Below are positions 13,691 through 29,224 of a DNA stretch of 64,000 nt, in pieces. The stretch lies in NCBI RefSeq assembly GCF_009914755.1, contig NC_060926.1; one strand, 5' to 3'. Position numbers and translations under genes: made by a program. Below the pieces are notes generated by a model. The model had not been told where the DNA came from. It worked only from the letters and a program-made list of their open reading frames with translations, and did not search any database. How positions within the stretch are numbered: position 1 is the first letter of the stretch; every line of letters begins with the position of its first letter. Source of the DNA: the human T2T-CHM13v2.0 reference genome, Homo sapiens.

Positions 13691-16089
13691 CAAGAAAGTT
13701 ACACTTTAACATTCCTCATTATGTGTGTCCCTGCAGAAAATTAACTGAGACTCACTGCTCCAGGGATTGTAGAGACCTGGACCCCAAAGTTATGTGCCCT
13801 CCTGAAAGCAAACAGTGGGGGTCAGCTGGCTCTGGCCTGGGGCTTGCTCCATTTTTCATCACTTCTGTGGAGGGAGGAATGGTTTCTTTAGTAGGAACAG
13901 AGGTTCCATTTTAATCACCAGCTTTCAGCTTTCTTTCTTTGATGAGGTATAAACATTTTGTCAACCTTTCCGCATCAGCTCAATTTTGTTTCTGATGTTG
14001 GAGATTACTCTGTCAACCATGGAGTGAACTTGCTAGTAGTTAGTGGCCCTTCATTTCTTGTATGTCCCCAAGAATTTCCTATTTACAGGAGTGAAGTGAC
14101 CTTAACTTGCAGAGGTTTTCTTATTATCCATTTGAGCTCAAGGCTTCTCTATACCACCCTCTCTCACACTGCCACAACTCTTCTTTCGAATTCTGTTCTA
14201 CACGTCCTTACATATCATGACCCCAGTGATATGGAATTCTTACTTGGACTAAGGCTGCAAAATAAGCCCCCAGTGTTATGGTAGGTGGATCCTAAATGGA
14301 ATGCTTCAGTCATGTGTCAACTTTATGGCTCCTTGGTAATTTTCTGATTTTTTTTTCTTTCTTTCTTTGTTTTTACTTATTTAGAAAATAGAAGAAAAAT
14401 GACAAGGAGGTTTAGAATATGTGTATGTGTTGGACACTGTCTTTTATGGATCATAGCCTCCTGCATCCATCTGATGGAATCCATGGTTCTCTTCCTTAGA
14501 CATGTATACACATGCAGCAGCAGACATAACTTTACAGAAAGTTCCAGTTGTTTTAAAGATCTCTTTAAGTCCATGAACTCCAGGCCAAGAAAATATCAAA
14601 ATGGGACATCCTTAGAAATGCAGAGTTAGTGGCAAGTAGGTGATATATTTCAGCTTATATGCCAAAGTTTTATTTCAAGCAAAACAAGTCAACATGGATT
14701 TTATTGAAGGACACTCAGCATTTATTTATTTCAGTCGTATTTTTAAGCAACCCTTCAAAACCCACTTTATTGATTGAGCCCCATTAAATAGGATTCTACC
14801 ATTTAAGATCTCTTTTTACTTACTCAGGACTATAATGACTGAAGCCCATCAGCAGTGTTGTTACATGATAACATTGGCAGATCCATCAGGAAATGTATTA
14901 CCAGCTCTCCTAACTGGCTCATTTTATTGAATCGTCTTGTTATGTTTCCTGAATCATATTCTCATCATCCAGGACTTTAATCAAGTGGCAAAAGTCATCT
15001 TCATGCATATGGTCACTCAGAGGTCTGTAAGCTTGTGCAATTAGATAACTTACGGAAATTTTGTTTTTGTGTATTTTTCTCTTCGCATTCGAAGAAGGTA
15101 GATAGTATTTTGACCTCCTATGCCTTAAGAACAGAGTAGACAGTGGAAGTTGCCTTTAGAATATTTTTCCTTGGGTTTTGCATTCTGAAAGCAGGAGAAA
15201 GAGATGTATGTTGTAGGTAGGGGAGGTGAGGCAGACTGGGAGAGATTTCACCAAGAACTAGGGAGGTCTGTATGGCCACAGACCACCTCCCTCTCAGCAC
15301 CTGGAGAGAAGACAAGAGTTTGGATGACGAGGGGGTTGGAGAAAGGGGATGGCTGTTTCGTCCATCTCTTGTAAGGACAGGTTTAGGACCCCCAGACACC
15401 TGCCCTGGATGGAGCTGTACTTTAAGGCATTATGTACATATCAGCATTAACTCTTGGGAACCCAAACCAGAGGCCTTCCAGAAATGTTTTCCTCATGTCT
15501 GGGACATTCATAGGGATCTAGGGGAGAAGAGTATGAATAATGACCACAACTGAATTTCCTACCAGAACAGTCATGAAGGTCGGGTGGGATGTTAGAACCA
15601 GACTTACTGTAATTTCAAGAAAATAATGTTCTATGGCATATCCTGTACACTGGAGTTTGTGCAGTAAGGTTCACACACAGAGGGATGCAGATGCAAGTCT
15701 TGTCTTCATGGTGCTCATAGTGAGCTAGGACAAGTAAGATATAAATACAAACTGAGAAAGGCAGACATAAGAAATTATGGGAATTCAGGAGAAGGAAAAA
15801 AATATGTGGGGGAGATGAGGAAAAGTCCAATTGAAGAAGTGATTTTTGAGCACATTTTGAAAAAGTGGTACAATTTAGATATATGTAAATAAGAAAGAGA
15901 TATTTCCAAGTACAGGGAGTTATGTGAGCAGAAGCATAAAAATGGGGCATTGTGACAAATAAGAGTAGCTCGGTTAAATTGTGGGTTGCAACAAAAAGAT
16001 AGTGGGAATAATCTCTGAGAAGATAGGCTGGGATTATGCTGACAGTTTTTAGAGAAGACATGATGCTCCGATGGAAACATAGAGGGGGG

Positions 16090-16320
16090 ATCCGTATCTT
16101 GCAGTCTATATGGACTTGGGTAAATTTCCTAATCTCTGAGTCTCAGTTTTTTTTAAACCTATGGAGTTGAGATAATAATACCTTGCAGGTTGTACTTAGA
16201 ATTAAAATAATAATGATGACAACAATGATGATTGATGCCACTTATTGAGCATCAAGGAATCTGTGTCTGGCATGTACTGGTGTTCAATAAATGTGTCTGT
16301 TGTTGTTGTTATTATTATCA
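16090..16320 (+). mobile_element. MIR
   Basis: 'gacttgggtaaatttcctaatctctgagtctcagttttt'. Confidence 0.7.
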
Positions 16321-16359
16321 CTCAGCTATTCAAAGCTCTGTACTAGAGTGTGAGGAATT

Positions 16360-16791
16360 TGTGGTACATACATTGTGAGTACTAGACATTGCTAGTATTT
16401 ATCCAAATTTCTACTTCTTTCCTCCTGAGTACCTAACTCCTTGAGATTAGGCATGGGCCTGGGACTTGCACAGACCAATAAAATGTGGCTGGAAACAATG
16501 TGCTACTTCCTTACAGAAGCATTTAGGTGATGGCGTACAAGTCTCCATTCTTTCTTTCTCTGCTCTGGAAAGCCTTGAAGCATTGCTTTGAGATGAAGGT
16601 TCAGATGGTGTGGGAGCTTCTGGCAGCCTGAGTCCTTGAGTGATTATGATCAGCAGAGTCCCCGTCCCCTGCTAACTAGTGCAGACATGTAGTAGGAGAG
16701 AGATAGATAGAAACCTTTGTTCTTTAAGGTCATTGAGATTTGGGGGGATGTTTGTTACTATGACAAAACCTAGCTTGTCCTGACTGATGCA
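16360..16791 (+). mobile_element. Old MLT1 LTR
   Basis: 3' end 'ttgagatttggggggatgtttgttac...aacctagcttgtcctgactgatgca'. Confidence 0.8.
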
Positions 16792-17209
16792 TCTTTGATG
16801 CAGTTTGTCAATGCAGATACAGAGCATAGCCCTGTTTTGCTTAAAAGAAAGAGATAGTTGGCTTCTCTTTTTAGCTCAGTCCAGGTCAAGTATGACGAAT
16901 CCCTAAGGCCCTTCACTGTCACACAGTCCTTGTACACTAAGCTTGTTTATCAAGCTCTTGTTTTCCTACTCCCAGAAATCTTAACTCTATGGTTCTCATT
17001 CTAATACATCAAGCCCATTCTTTAAGCAGTTCTCTTTTCAACCTAAAAACCCATTCATTTTATCTTCTTTTCTTTCTCCTTAGCTATAGCACTAATCTGT
17101 TTCCATTTTGTTTCTTATTTGTCAGTTAATTGGTCTGTTTACAGCAAAAACAATGGAATTTGAGTTTCTCGTCACTGGGAGGATTTCTATTAATCCAAAC
17201 CAAAATGGT

Positions 17210-17458
17210 GATGACAAAAGCATTTATGGGATGTTCCCTATATAATAGGCATGTGCTAACTAAGCATTTGCCATGTATTAGCTTAGTTAACCTTGACAAC
17301 ACCCCGTGAAGTAGGTACAGCTATTTCTCCCTATTTCATAGATTTTAGAGAAACTGAGGCACAAAGCAGCTAACACAGGAAATGGTGGAGCCAGGACTCA
17401 CATCTAGGGATTTGGACTCTGGAGCCCATATGCTTAAATGCTACATCATACTACCTCT
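17210..17458 (-). mobile_element. MIR
   Basis: 'gagaaactgaggcacaaag...ggagccaggactcacatctagg'. Confidence 0.8.
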
Positions 17459-19029
17459 TTGCAGGGTCCAGCTATTATTTTATCAAAAGAATATCTTTCT
17501 TTGTGCATTCCTGTCAAGATGTCTCACCAGGTATTGTTCAATAGGTTGGTTATCTCTTTTCTTGACTCTTTCCGTCTTTCTTTTCTTCCAAATATATTAT
17601 TATGTTAAGCATCTTCCATGATTCATATATACTAAATTCTGTTTTTAAAGTCTCTAAGAAATTATAGTCTATTTGAAGCAATTTCTATTACATTTTATGA
17701 AATTATTACAGATTGAGTTTCAAGCAAACAGCTGAGTGCTAAATTACCTGGTACAGCCTAAGTCTGAATGAGCTGGGGAACAGGTGGTCAGTGTGGCTTG
17801 GATTAAATAGGGAATGCTTTGGAGATCTGAGCCTAGAAGGATGGGAAGGGATAGGATAGTAGAAGGGAGGAGTGATAGGCAGGAATTAAATTGAATCTGT
17901 GATTTACAAGTGGATAATCCGAGAAGTTTTTGCTGAGAAAACATGACAGTAGTTAACTATCTCGGCACGTAAATGTGCTTGTGAGAATGATTTCTTTGAA
18001 AATCCTTTTCACTGTATCTTAAAATAACAACAAGGCTTCCAAATTACAGATACAGAAATTACAGAAATAGAGCTCAGGAAGACAGATTTTTTATGGGAAA
18101 GTATTATTCACAGGGAGTTAAAAGCTTTTATGCTTTATAGAAGCTCTTAGGGTTGAAGCAAATCTAGTGTTCATTTATAGCCTAACTCATTTATGCATTG
18201 CTGGGGGATTTTGGAAATGCAACCTCAATTCTGCCCTTCCCTGAACTCAGAGAATGCCTCAGGCTGTATTTGTTCATAAAGGTGAATTTCTTTTTGAAAA
18301 GCGATTTGATTTAATTTTTGTTTTTCATGAAGCCTATTACTATGTGTGTAAAATTTTCAAGCATCCATGGCTCTGTTTTCTCCTTCTGTAATGAGGGAAC
18401 AGTGCATTCATCTGTGCTTCTGAGTGCCTGATTCCCAGTCACAGTCATGCTTTCGGAAAGAAAAAGCAGTCACCCTTGGAACTAAAATCTCTTTTTTGAG
18501 TTTCATCAAGATCTGCCAACATTTACCAGAATCCAATTGTCTCGATAATCCCAGTGTATTTACTGAAGCACCAATGGGAATCCAGTAAACTACCTCTTTC
18601 AATGCTCTACTTTTATGGAGCTTAGAATTGTAAGAGGGTCTTGGAAACCATCTGATTCAACCACTTTATTTTAAAGGTGGGACTCCAAGATCTGGGAGAG
18701 GTGAGTCCCATTTGCCCACGGCTAGTAGTGATAGAGATGAGGAGTTGGTTCTCTAGTCACCAGCCCTGCCTTTCCCATGCTCTGTGCTGCCTTGGGTCTC
18801 CTGGTGAGATTGTGCTCTGAGAATTATGAATGGATTAATGCCTGGTTAATTGTTAAAGACTTCCAAGGAAGAGGTAACAGGGAGGAAGCAGATTTCATGA
18901 TCAGGAGCAGATTACACAATCAGTATTAGTTTGATCCTTCCACAAATCCAGCCTTTTTTCCTCTTGATTGGGTCTCAGTGGTGACTCAGAGCTAGATTGT
19001 TAGGGGAATATAGTAACAGCTTGGTATAA

Positions 19030-19325
19030 AATGGTATATGAATCAGCAAGCACCTACTGAGTATGGACTCTGTTTCCAGCCCTCTGCTGGGTGTTGTGAG
19101 TCATGGTGAAGGATAAGCCATGGTCCTGACTCGGAAGGATAGGACAGTGTATTTTGGGGAGGCACAATTAAGCAATATCAAAGAAGAGCACATGTAATCA
19201 GAGTTTCAGTTATATGGTGTGTATGCTGTAGGAGTTCAGAGGGGAAGACTGATGTGGTTGGAACTGCGGGCAGCTTGGCAAATCTTCGTGGAAGAAATGG
19301 GGCTTGAGTGGCACCTATTGACAAA
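19030..19325 (+). mobile_element. L2 fragment
   Basis: 'tcagcaagcacctactgag...gccatggtcctgactcggaagg'. Confidence 0.6.
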
Positions 19326-19649
19326 TATCTAAAGACAGTAGTACTAGGATGCCCCCACCCACCCTAAGTCTTCTCTTTCCTGATTCTCTCATCCCTATGT
19401 CTACAACCTACCTATGTTCATGATTTCCCAGAACAGCTCTGGCTTCAACTAAGTTTCATTTTATTAAATTATGTAATTTATTGTGAAACCAAATGTGATT
19501 GTTTAAATTAATGTGACTGAAGACCTTTTATATACATTCAAAAGATTGAAAATCCCTTAGAACAAATAGGATACTTTCTTTTGTTTGAAGAATATGATGA
19601 CAATACTCATTATCTGTCTTCACCTATTTCTAATTCTAATATATTGCAT

Positions 19650-19880
19650 TTTTACAGTTTATAGTTTGCACTGTGATTTCTCAAAAAGTATTTTATTTGA
19701 TCATAAAAGTAAACTGTAGAGAAAATAGGATATTGTTAATATTCCTGTTTTATAGATGAAAAGACTGAGATTCAATGAGGTTAAGGGCTTTGCCCAAAGG
19801 TGTATAGCTGAGTGAATGCAAAGGGATTTGAGTACAGACCCTCTGAGTTCCAGCCCAGGGTTTCTTTCCATGCCTCCACC
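19650..19880 (-). mobile_element. MIR
   Basis: 'ttttatagatgaaaagactgagattcaatgaggttaagggctttgcccaaagg'. Confidence 0.8.
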
Positions 19881-20335
19881 CCCAAATTGCTTGGTTAATT
19901 GTTTTAATTGGCATTTTTATTCTGTGGTTCTTATTCTTTTATTTCCCTGAAGAATAAAGATAAAAATCAGCCAATATAGTACAGTCTTTGTAGCACTATC
20001 TGAAGTACATTTTTCAAAGTCTACAAGTGTCGATGAAACTTTTGGAATGACAAGAGCCCTGATATTTGGTTGGCTGTAGTCTACCAGAATTGATCCTTTT
20101 CTGTAACCTTCTTTTCAGTGATACCGAATCCAAGATGTTTTCCAATTGTGAATTTTCTGATTCTTTCCCATTTCATTATTTTTACCCAGGCTCCTAAGAA
20201 ATTGGAAATCACTCATCACTTTTTGTATTCATGGCAGATGGTGGAACATTTTTATAGTTTTCCAAAAAATCACCAATGCTACATTCTGCAATGGTTGATA
20301 TTACAGAAACGTGACATCTGAAGCTTTAAGAATTT

Positions 20336-20432
20336 GTAGCAATCCACCATGGCACACGTGTACCTGTGTAACAAACCTGCACTTCTGCACATGTGTCCTG
20401 GAACTTAAAGCATAAAAAAAAATCAAAAATTA
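20336..20432 (+). mobile_element. L1PA extreme 3' tail
   Basis: 'caccatggcacacgtgtacctgtgtaacaaacctgcac...gaacttaaag' followed by an A-rich tail. Confidence 0.9.
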
Positions 20433-20611
20433 ACATCACAGAAGAGTTGTGTGCTTTTTCAGTGTTCCTCAACATATATGATCTCTGAAGGCAATTTTTT
20501 TCTCTTGTGACAAAGTCATGAAATAGCATGAAATAGATTTCTTGTTTATTTTTCATGGCCAGTTAAGTGTCATGTTTCAGCTTTTTTTGTAAAGCCCTAG
20601 ACCAGGCATTT

Positions 20612-20618
20612 ATGTGTA

Positions 20619-20655
<37 letters not shown>
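20612..20655. repeat. (TG)n microsatellite
   Basis: Direct inspection. Confidence 0.97.
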
Positions 20656-20657
<2 letters not shown>

Positions 20658-20773
20658 ATGGGGACCAGAAGACAAACTGAAAACATGGTCACTATTCTTG
20701 AAGAGCACTCAGTCTATCTGGGGACACAGGATATTCCCTTTTGCAAGTGTCGTTAGGATTGGTAGTTACTACC

Positions 20774-21369
20774 GATGATGGTTAATTTTAAGTGTCAGCT
20801 TGGCTGGTCGTGAGATGCCAGACTAAATGTTGTTGCTGAGTCTGTCTGGGAGGGTGTTTCAGGATGAGATTAGCATTTGAATTGGTGGACTCAGTAAAGT
20901 AGATGGTCCTTCTTAATGTGAGTGGACACCGTCCAATCCATTGAGGACCTGAATAGAACAAAGGGTTGAGGAAGGAGGAGCTCAGTCCTTTTTTTCTGCC
21001 TCCCTGTTTGAGCTGGGACATATTGTATTTTGTCCCGTCTACGAGCTGGGATTTGCGTCATTTGGTTGCCTTGGTTCTTTGGCTTTTGGACTTGGACGGA
21101 ATTATACCACCAGCTTCCCTGGATCTCCTGCCTGCATATGGCAGATCGTGGATTTATCAGCCTTCATAATTGCATATGCCAATTTCTCATAATAAATCAT
21201 GTATATATATATAAGACTTATATATGTATATGTGTGTATGCATGTATGTGTGTATGCATGTATGTGTATATATACTTTTATATATAGTGTGTGTATGTAT
21301 GTGTGTATACATGTTTATGTATTGTGTTTTCTATTGGTTCTGTTTCTCTGGAGAACTCTTATTAATATA
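20774..21369 (+). mobile_element. MLT2 solo LTR with internal TA/TG microsatellite
   Basis: 'tgatggttaattttaagtgtcagcttggctgg' through 'ttggttctgtttctctggagaac'. Confidence 0.88.
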
Positions 21370-22599
21370 CCACTCACTTAGGGAGAATTCAGTCTTTCAA
21401 AATATAATGAGTAAGGCCATTCTTTGGGATAAAAAGCCATAAACAATGTTTTCTTTGACCCTCGGTGCTTATGCTCTGGGTGGATTTCTCATTCATTTCA
21501 CAAAAGATTATGATACAAGGAAATGGGAAATAAGTGACTTAAGAGAAAACATGCTCCAATGAGGGGGAGAGCATTTCTGACAGCTAATCATGAAGGTATT
21601 CTTGGAAACGTTTATATTTTAAAAATATCTTGAAGAATGGAAGGCTTTTAGATAGATAGAATTGGAAAAAAAAAAAAACCTACTGGCCTATAGAAAATAC
21701 TGAATGAATGAATGAAGAATGAATGAACAAATGGTGGACATCAAGGTATGCTCTGAGAACAACATGGCTGGGACAGAAGGTGTGTGGGGCGAGAGGTGGA
21801 AGAGAATAACAGGCATCAGAAGGTTTGCTACTCAGAGCTTTCTTTCACCATTCATGACTTCACTGTAACCAAAAAACAGTGACCAGATTTACGGTCTGTT
21901 TTATTTTTTGAGGACAGCGCTGCCCATAGGGACTGACTTGTTTGAGGATGGGTTGTGAGGGCTTGGTGAGGGTGAGATGGCATACATATATTCCTTGTGC
22001 TTACACTTTATGCTCAAATGATTCTATTTATTTATACATCTATTTGAAAAAGCTTCCAGTAACCCAGAAACTTTTTCTGTTATGGCCAAACACAAAAACA
22101 AGTTTTAATATGTTTACCTTCAGAAGGGCTCCATTCTAATCAGATAATTGTGTGCCACTCCACATTGGGTTTCAAGGACATGTATATGAAGTTTGAGTGT
22201 TGATACAACCTTTCAAGGCTGGATGGCATCTGGAAGATACGCTCCAGGATGGCCGTTCTGACCAGTCAGTGCCCAGGGCTGTCAGTTGTATATTTTATAA
22301 ATCATCCTCAAATGCAGGTATAAGTGAAATACTTTGTACTACTCTGGGCAAACCATTCAACTAAAGAATGCCATGTTGGTGATGTGTCATGATTAGTAAT
22401 ATGCCGTATTATACTGAATGGGAATCATTTTCATTAAAATTCTGATTTTTCTATGGGTAAGTGAATTAGAAATTTACAGTGGTGAAATCATGCCTGATGT
22501 TTGAACAATAGAAGCAGCTTTTAACTTGTTATGAGCATAACATGACTAAAGTGAAGATAACAAATTAAAGAAGCCTCTCCCACATGTATGGCCTGTGGG

Positions 22600-22832
22600 A
22601 GGTTACATGATGTGTTTGAGGCCCTGGAGCCAGATGAACTGGGTTCAAATCCTGACGCTGCCCTTTGCTAGCTGTGTGACCTTGGACAAGTTTCTTAACT
22701 GCTCTGTAAAATGAGTATGACAATCATTTTACTTAAGGCTGTCCTGAGGGTTAAGTAGTGTAAATATGAAAAGCCCTTCAGGCAGTTTCTGGTACATAGT
22801 AAATGCTCAATCAATGTAAGTAATTATCATAT
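22600..22832 (+). mobile_element. MIR
   Basis: 'ctgggttcaaatcctgac...agctgtgtgaccttggacaagtttcttaac'. Confidence 0.88.
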
Positions 22833-23115
22833 CCTTATGATTCCATTCATTTATTTCGAGTACAACTAGGAAATACATTGCTCTAACACATACACACATA
22901 TAGATAAGGAAGAAGACATATTTTTCTTATGACACTTTTTATAAATACACCATCATTTTGGTTATGCCTGAAGATCTTACTACCAAAGTATACTTCCATT
23001 TTCATTAAAATTTTCCAACTGAAAGTGGAAAGTTGCCTTTCTAAACTTACCTTCTGACCCAACTTCCCATGGGTGCTGAGAGCTTGGCATTTTGCAAAAT
23101 TGCTTTCACATTCTT

Positions 23116-23449
<334 letters not shown>

Positions 23450-23919
23450 TAACTCACATTCACCAGATGTGGAAGGGGGTCTTCCCACCTCAAAAAGGGG
23501 AATCATAACGTTCTCTACCACTCGACATGGAACGCCAAGGTGGCTGACGTGGTGGCATGGGACGCCAAGGTGGCTGATGAGGGACACCCATGCCTCTGAT
23601 TGGAAAGCGAGCTGGAGGGCTAAGCAACAGGTGAAGAAAGTGGCCAACTTTCCCTAAGCATGTTAAAGCAAAGCCAATCCTCTTTGGAAACCAGGTGATA
23701 AGGGTTCAATGTCTACATTAACTCTCAGTGACCTCAGTTTAATGTTTCTTTGGAAGGATGAGCATTCTAGGCAGAGGGAATGATTGTGCAAAGGCTCTGA
23801 AGTGGGTTGTTTTGGAACTTCAAGGGGTTCTTTGCAGTCAGAATGTAAACTAAGAGATTCAAGGGCAGACAGGAGGGAGTTTTAAAGTTGGCAGGGGCAG
23901 GCTCAAAAATAACACTATT

Positions 23920-24700
<781 letters not shown>

Positions 24701-26544
24701 TATACTCTACAAACATGAGGGGTCAGTGACACATAAAGCTTCTAGAAGCCCAGCACAGAGCTTATTGCAGGGTATGTATTCAAAAATGCTGGCTGTGGTC
24801 AAACACCTTGCACAGTACTTGACCCAGAGTATGTGCTTAATATCTGTTAGTAAAGGGCAAGAAAATGTCATTCCAGACTTATTAAAGTAAGGCAGATCCA
24901 ACTGGATCACAGACAAAGCTCACCTGCCATAGCCCAGCATTCTCGGAGGAAATAATGCAGCTAGAAGATAAATTGAAGACATGGTCACTATTCCTGAGGA
25001 GTGCACAGTCTAACTGAAAAGACACAATATACCCCTTTGCAAACGGCATCAGATGGTCACTACTCTATATCCTTGAGTAGATTTCAATCAGTTTTTCAAA
25101 CTGTATTAAGTAAAGTCCTTCCACATGACCAAAAGCCATAAATACGCTCAGTACTTATAGGAGCTCAACATATAATTGGATCTCAATTTAAATCTGCTCA
25201 TTATTGCAACTGTTTGATTTAGACTTTCTCTGAAGAACAGTATTTCAGGCCCCTCTTCCGGGTGTTGTACTTGCTAGTTCCCAGTACTTTTCTTTCTTGG
25301 ACTACTGTACAATTCTTTTCTACCTGGAATGGTAGCCATTATTCCTCTTTTGCTTTAGAGTTCACAAACCCTTTCAGCCTCCACAAATTACTGTGCCACT
25401 AATTTGACAATTTTCTAACACCTGGTGATATCTCTTCCATCATTCCCTTGATTTTATTTTCAAAATTTTATTGTTATTGATTTTTCAAATGTTATCTTCT
25501 ATTCACAATCAAACAAACAAACTTTCCTTAAAGGCAAGGTCATTCATTAGAAAAGAGGAATAAGTCTTGTGTGCTCAACTCAAGTGATGTTTTCTAGAAG
25601 TTTCTGAATTTTTCTGTAATGCCACAGCTTACATTATAAGCCTCTGTTCTACCAAATGTTGGAGACTTAATCTCTATCAACTTGAGGATGTCCCTGCATT
25701 GAGGGTCTAGAGGAGATAATAGGGTTCCTCTTGGCATTTTCCTACCCTGTCATCCTCTGAGAGGTCCACTGTTTGTTTAGTCTAGAGTTGTCAATTTACA
25801 TAGGTTGTTGCTGCCTCTCCTATCATACTCTTCTATATGACCTCTCAAGTTGAGCTATTGTCCTTGAGTGGGACATGGAATTCAAGCTGCTACTCCCCTG
25901 CCCATACGCAGCACATAGTTATCACTTTCTGGCTTCTTGCTCACCTACCTAAACTTACACGGTGGAAGGAGCATAAGACTCGCTGTATTGTAGATGCCCT
26001 AAACTTGCCTGTCAAGCCTCCAGCCTCGCCCTGAGGTAGTGGGCAAGACAGATCATGGAGCTCCCTCTCCCAGATATACATAATTTGGGTAAATATACAT
26101 TGCCTTGTTTTTGACTCTTCTTCCTGTACTAGCAGAATCTTGATTTAGTCTTTGGAACTCTAAGTTTTTCTCATCACGTATTTTAATTGAAAATCTAAAA
26201 TCTATGCTCTGAGTTCTGTTTATTTGCATTTGAAGTCTTGGCTTTTGAGTTTCTAAAGAAACAGCTTCCTTTTCCTTCTTCCATTTTTTTTTTTTGGCAT
26301 TGTCCACTTGCTGAGGTACCCCAACAAGGCGAAGAGAGACAGGGATACCTGAACATAGAAAGTTTAAAAATGTCTTGGTTAATATATCCAAATAGTATCT
26401 TGCCCCATTTGTCTTTCTCTCTATTCCAAGAAGCAATGACCTGGTGACTAGAAAGGAATCTAGAACTGGTGGTGGTTTGGTTATTACACTGTTAAGATCT
26501 TTATCAAGCTGATGTGCTGAGTGTCTCTTTCATAAGACCCACAG

Positions 26545-27510
26545 CAGTGATTTTCAAATGCAGACGATTTTCAGAGACTCCAGGAGATGCTGATTTAGAA
26601 TGAAGGAGGGGGTTTGGAGATCCAGGAATTTGCAAAAACACCTTCCTGGATCTAGACCAGTAATACTCAACCTCCGGTGAATATCAGAAGTATCTAGAAG
26701 GCTTGTGAAGGCAGATTGCTGGACCACACCCCCAGGGTTTTTGATCCAGTGGATGTGGAGTGAAGCCTGATATTTTACATTTCTAACAAATTCCCAGAAG
26801 ATGCTGCTGCTGCAGTTCTGAAACCCCTGTTCCCTTTCGAGAATTACTTCTCTAAGTGAATGGTTCTCATACTTTGATGCATTTTGAAATAATCTGGTTA
26901 GCTTTAAAAAAACCTTAATTCTGAGACTACACCTCATCCCAAGTCTAGCAGAATCTCAGGGCTTGGGATCCTAGGCATCATTAATGGTTCAAGCTTCTCA
27001 GGTGATTCTAATGTGCACCCAATTTGAGAACCAGTTCTCTAATCTTTTGATTTTCGAACTTCAGTGACTAGACATTTCACCAGAGTATTTGGTTAAAATG
27101 CAGATTCTGATTCAGTAGGTCTGAGGTGGGGGAGTTTGTGTGTTTCTTTTTCACTTCTCAGGGTGTATAACTTACATAAATACAAAAAATGCCCTATGTT
27201 TAAGTGAATGGTTTGATGAGTTTTGACAAACGTGTACACATATGTAACCTACCACAATCAAGATATAGAACATTTCATTACTCTATTAAGTTTCCTCATG
27301 CCCCTTTAAAATCAATGAAGTCCCCCATTGCTGACCTCCCAGCCCCGGGTAATCACTTATCTGTTTTCTGTCACTATAGATTTATCTTACCTCTTCTGAA
27401 ATTTCACATAAGTAGAATCATACAATTCTTATTATTTTCTGTCTTGCTTCTTACTTGCTCAGTAGAGATTTTGCCTTTCTAATAAAATCTCAGGTTTGTA
27501 GACCACACTC
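26545..27510. mobile_element. Cluster of about four adjacent MER5-family MITEs, the last split by an L1
   Basis: Repeated MER5 phrases: 'ttctaacaaattcccagaagatgctg', 'caggtgattctaatgtgcac...tttgagaacca', 'aaaatgcagattctgattcagtaggtctgaggtgggg'. Confidence 0.8.
27145..27460 (-). mobile_element. Ancient L1M 3' fragment
   Basis: 'tgatgagttttgacaaacgtgtacacatatgtaacctaccacaatcaagatatagaacattt'. Confidence 0.8.
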
Positions 27511-29224
27511 ATTTCTCCAAAGCAAGACACTTAAGGATTTAGAAATCTTTGACTTACGGTATTAATCTCAGACACTTATGCATGATTGATATTTATTAAA
27601 TAGAATACACTCAAATGATTATTAATTTTTAAGATCAAATATTCAAAATCAGAGGCTGTGATAACTACAAGTTCTGTGGGGAACAAGGCAGGTACAGCCT
27701 GTCCCAGGCATGAGACTCCTGGGATAAGAGCAGGGAGACGAGTATTTAGGGAGGCCCAGGAGGAGGAGCAGCAGGGCTGCCAGGAGGGAGGTCAGGATTT
27801 GGTGGCCTCTGAGGTTACACCAAGGCTCTGAATCCACAACGTGAAACAGGTTTGCTCTCGGTTTTGCTTTTTTATGCCTCTATATCCAAATGATAAGGTG
27901 CTCCTTTTCTTGGCTTTGACAATTTGGGGAATTGCAAAGCTCAGGAGAAGGTAAGATAAGATGTCTGCAACTGCATTTTAGAAAAATGATGTGTAATATC
28001 CACTTTATGACATCTAAATGAGGTCTCTCTTCGCTGCTTCCCAGGGTCGTGCCCACTGCTAACTTTAATACACTCACATGCTTGCCCTCATCTTTCATCA
28101 TGTCACCAAACTTAAAGAATACTTTGTTTGTTTTTTTCTATTGTGTCCCTTGTTAGATGAGAGTATATTTTATATCTCTTATTAAATGGCAACAGTTATT
28201 TCTGAAGATTGATAATTTATAGCTTCACTACTAAGAAAAAAACTGCAAGCGGTTGGTGGGAGAAATAAACCTCTTGTTTTATTATGCTCCGGGAACTGAT
28301 TATGGGCATAAAAAAATAGAACAACTCATACATCCACCAGAGCTTATTGTATTATCAGGTAATACACCTGCCTTTCTGATAAATAGGACTCAGTAGAACA
28401 GTTAATAAAAGCCCGAGAGTTATTTGGTGCAGGAATACAACAATATAAAGCTACTCATATGCAGTCTACAGTGATTTTTTTTCATCATAAGAAAGGCCTT
28501 GACATTCTAACAGGCGATGCTTTCCACACCATCAGAACAGAGACAGGACATTTCATGTTTCACCTGGAATCTTTCGGAGACTCTAAGTCCCAGGAGCTGA
28601 ATATTTTGCAAACACACAAAACTAACAATGCACCCCAAATCACACTCATATGTGGCTTCGAGTCTTTACAAAGGCTTACATGACACCATCCCCCGCAACA
28701 CATGCACACACACAATCTCTCTGGATTCTAACAATAGCCATGTGGCTTAGGCTGTGTAGGCATCATCTGAATTTGGCTGATGGTGACGTGAAGCCCAGAG
28801 ACAATAAGGGACTTACCCAGGCTCTCAGGCCACTGCAGGCAGAGCTGACTCCTGAACTCCACAGCTTGCCGCTCCTTCTACAAAGCAAGAAATAAATGAT
28901 GTTTATGATGAACTTGTGGCATTGTGTTTCACAAAATGGGAGATCACAAATTCTTGAGCTACAAGTGTCAGCAACAGATGATTGTGACAGCCACTTTGCC
29001 AGCAGACAATGCCTGTCCAAATATCCTGGGAAACTATTATTGATTTGGCTGTAGATGAGCTGGAGTTGTGGAGGCTCTTGGTCACTTTTGGTGATTCCTT
29101 TTCAAAGTTTTCTCCCCATTTTGTTTTTCTTTTGCCATGAAGTTCTTGATACTGACTGACATAATTTTTATTTATTACAGATTTTTTCTCATTTCATTTT
29201 CTTGGAATTTGAAAAACAAATGCT

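Noticed and set aside
27649-27837. Signal-peptide-like ORF (LLAALLLLLLGL)
   Set aside because: It has a GTG start, the leucine run comes from a simple GAG/CAG-rich tract, and there is no exon context.
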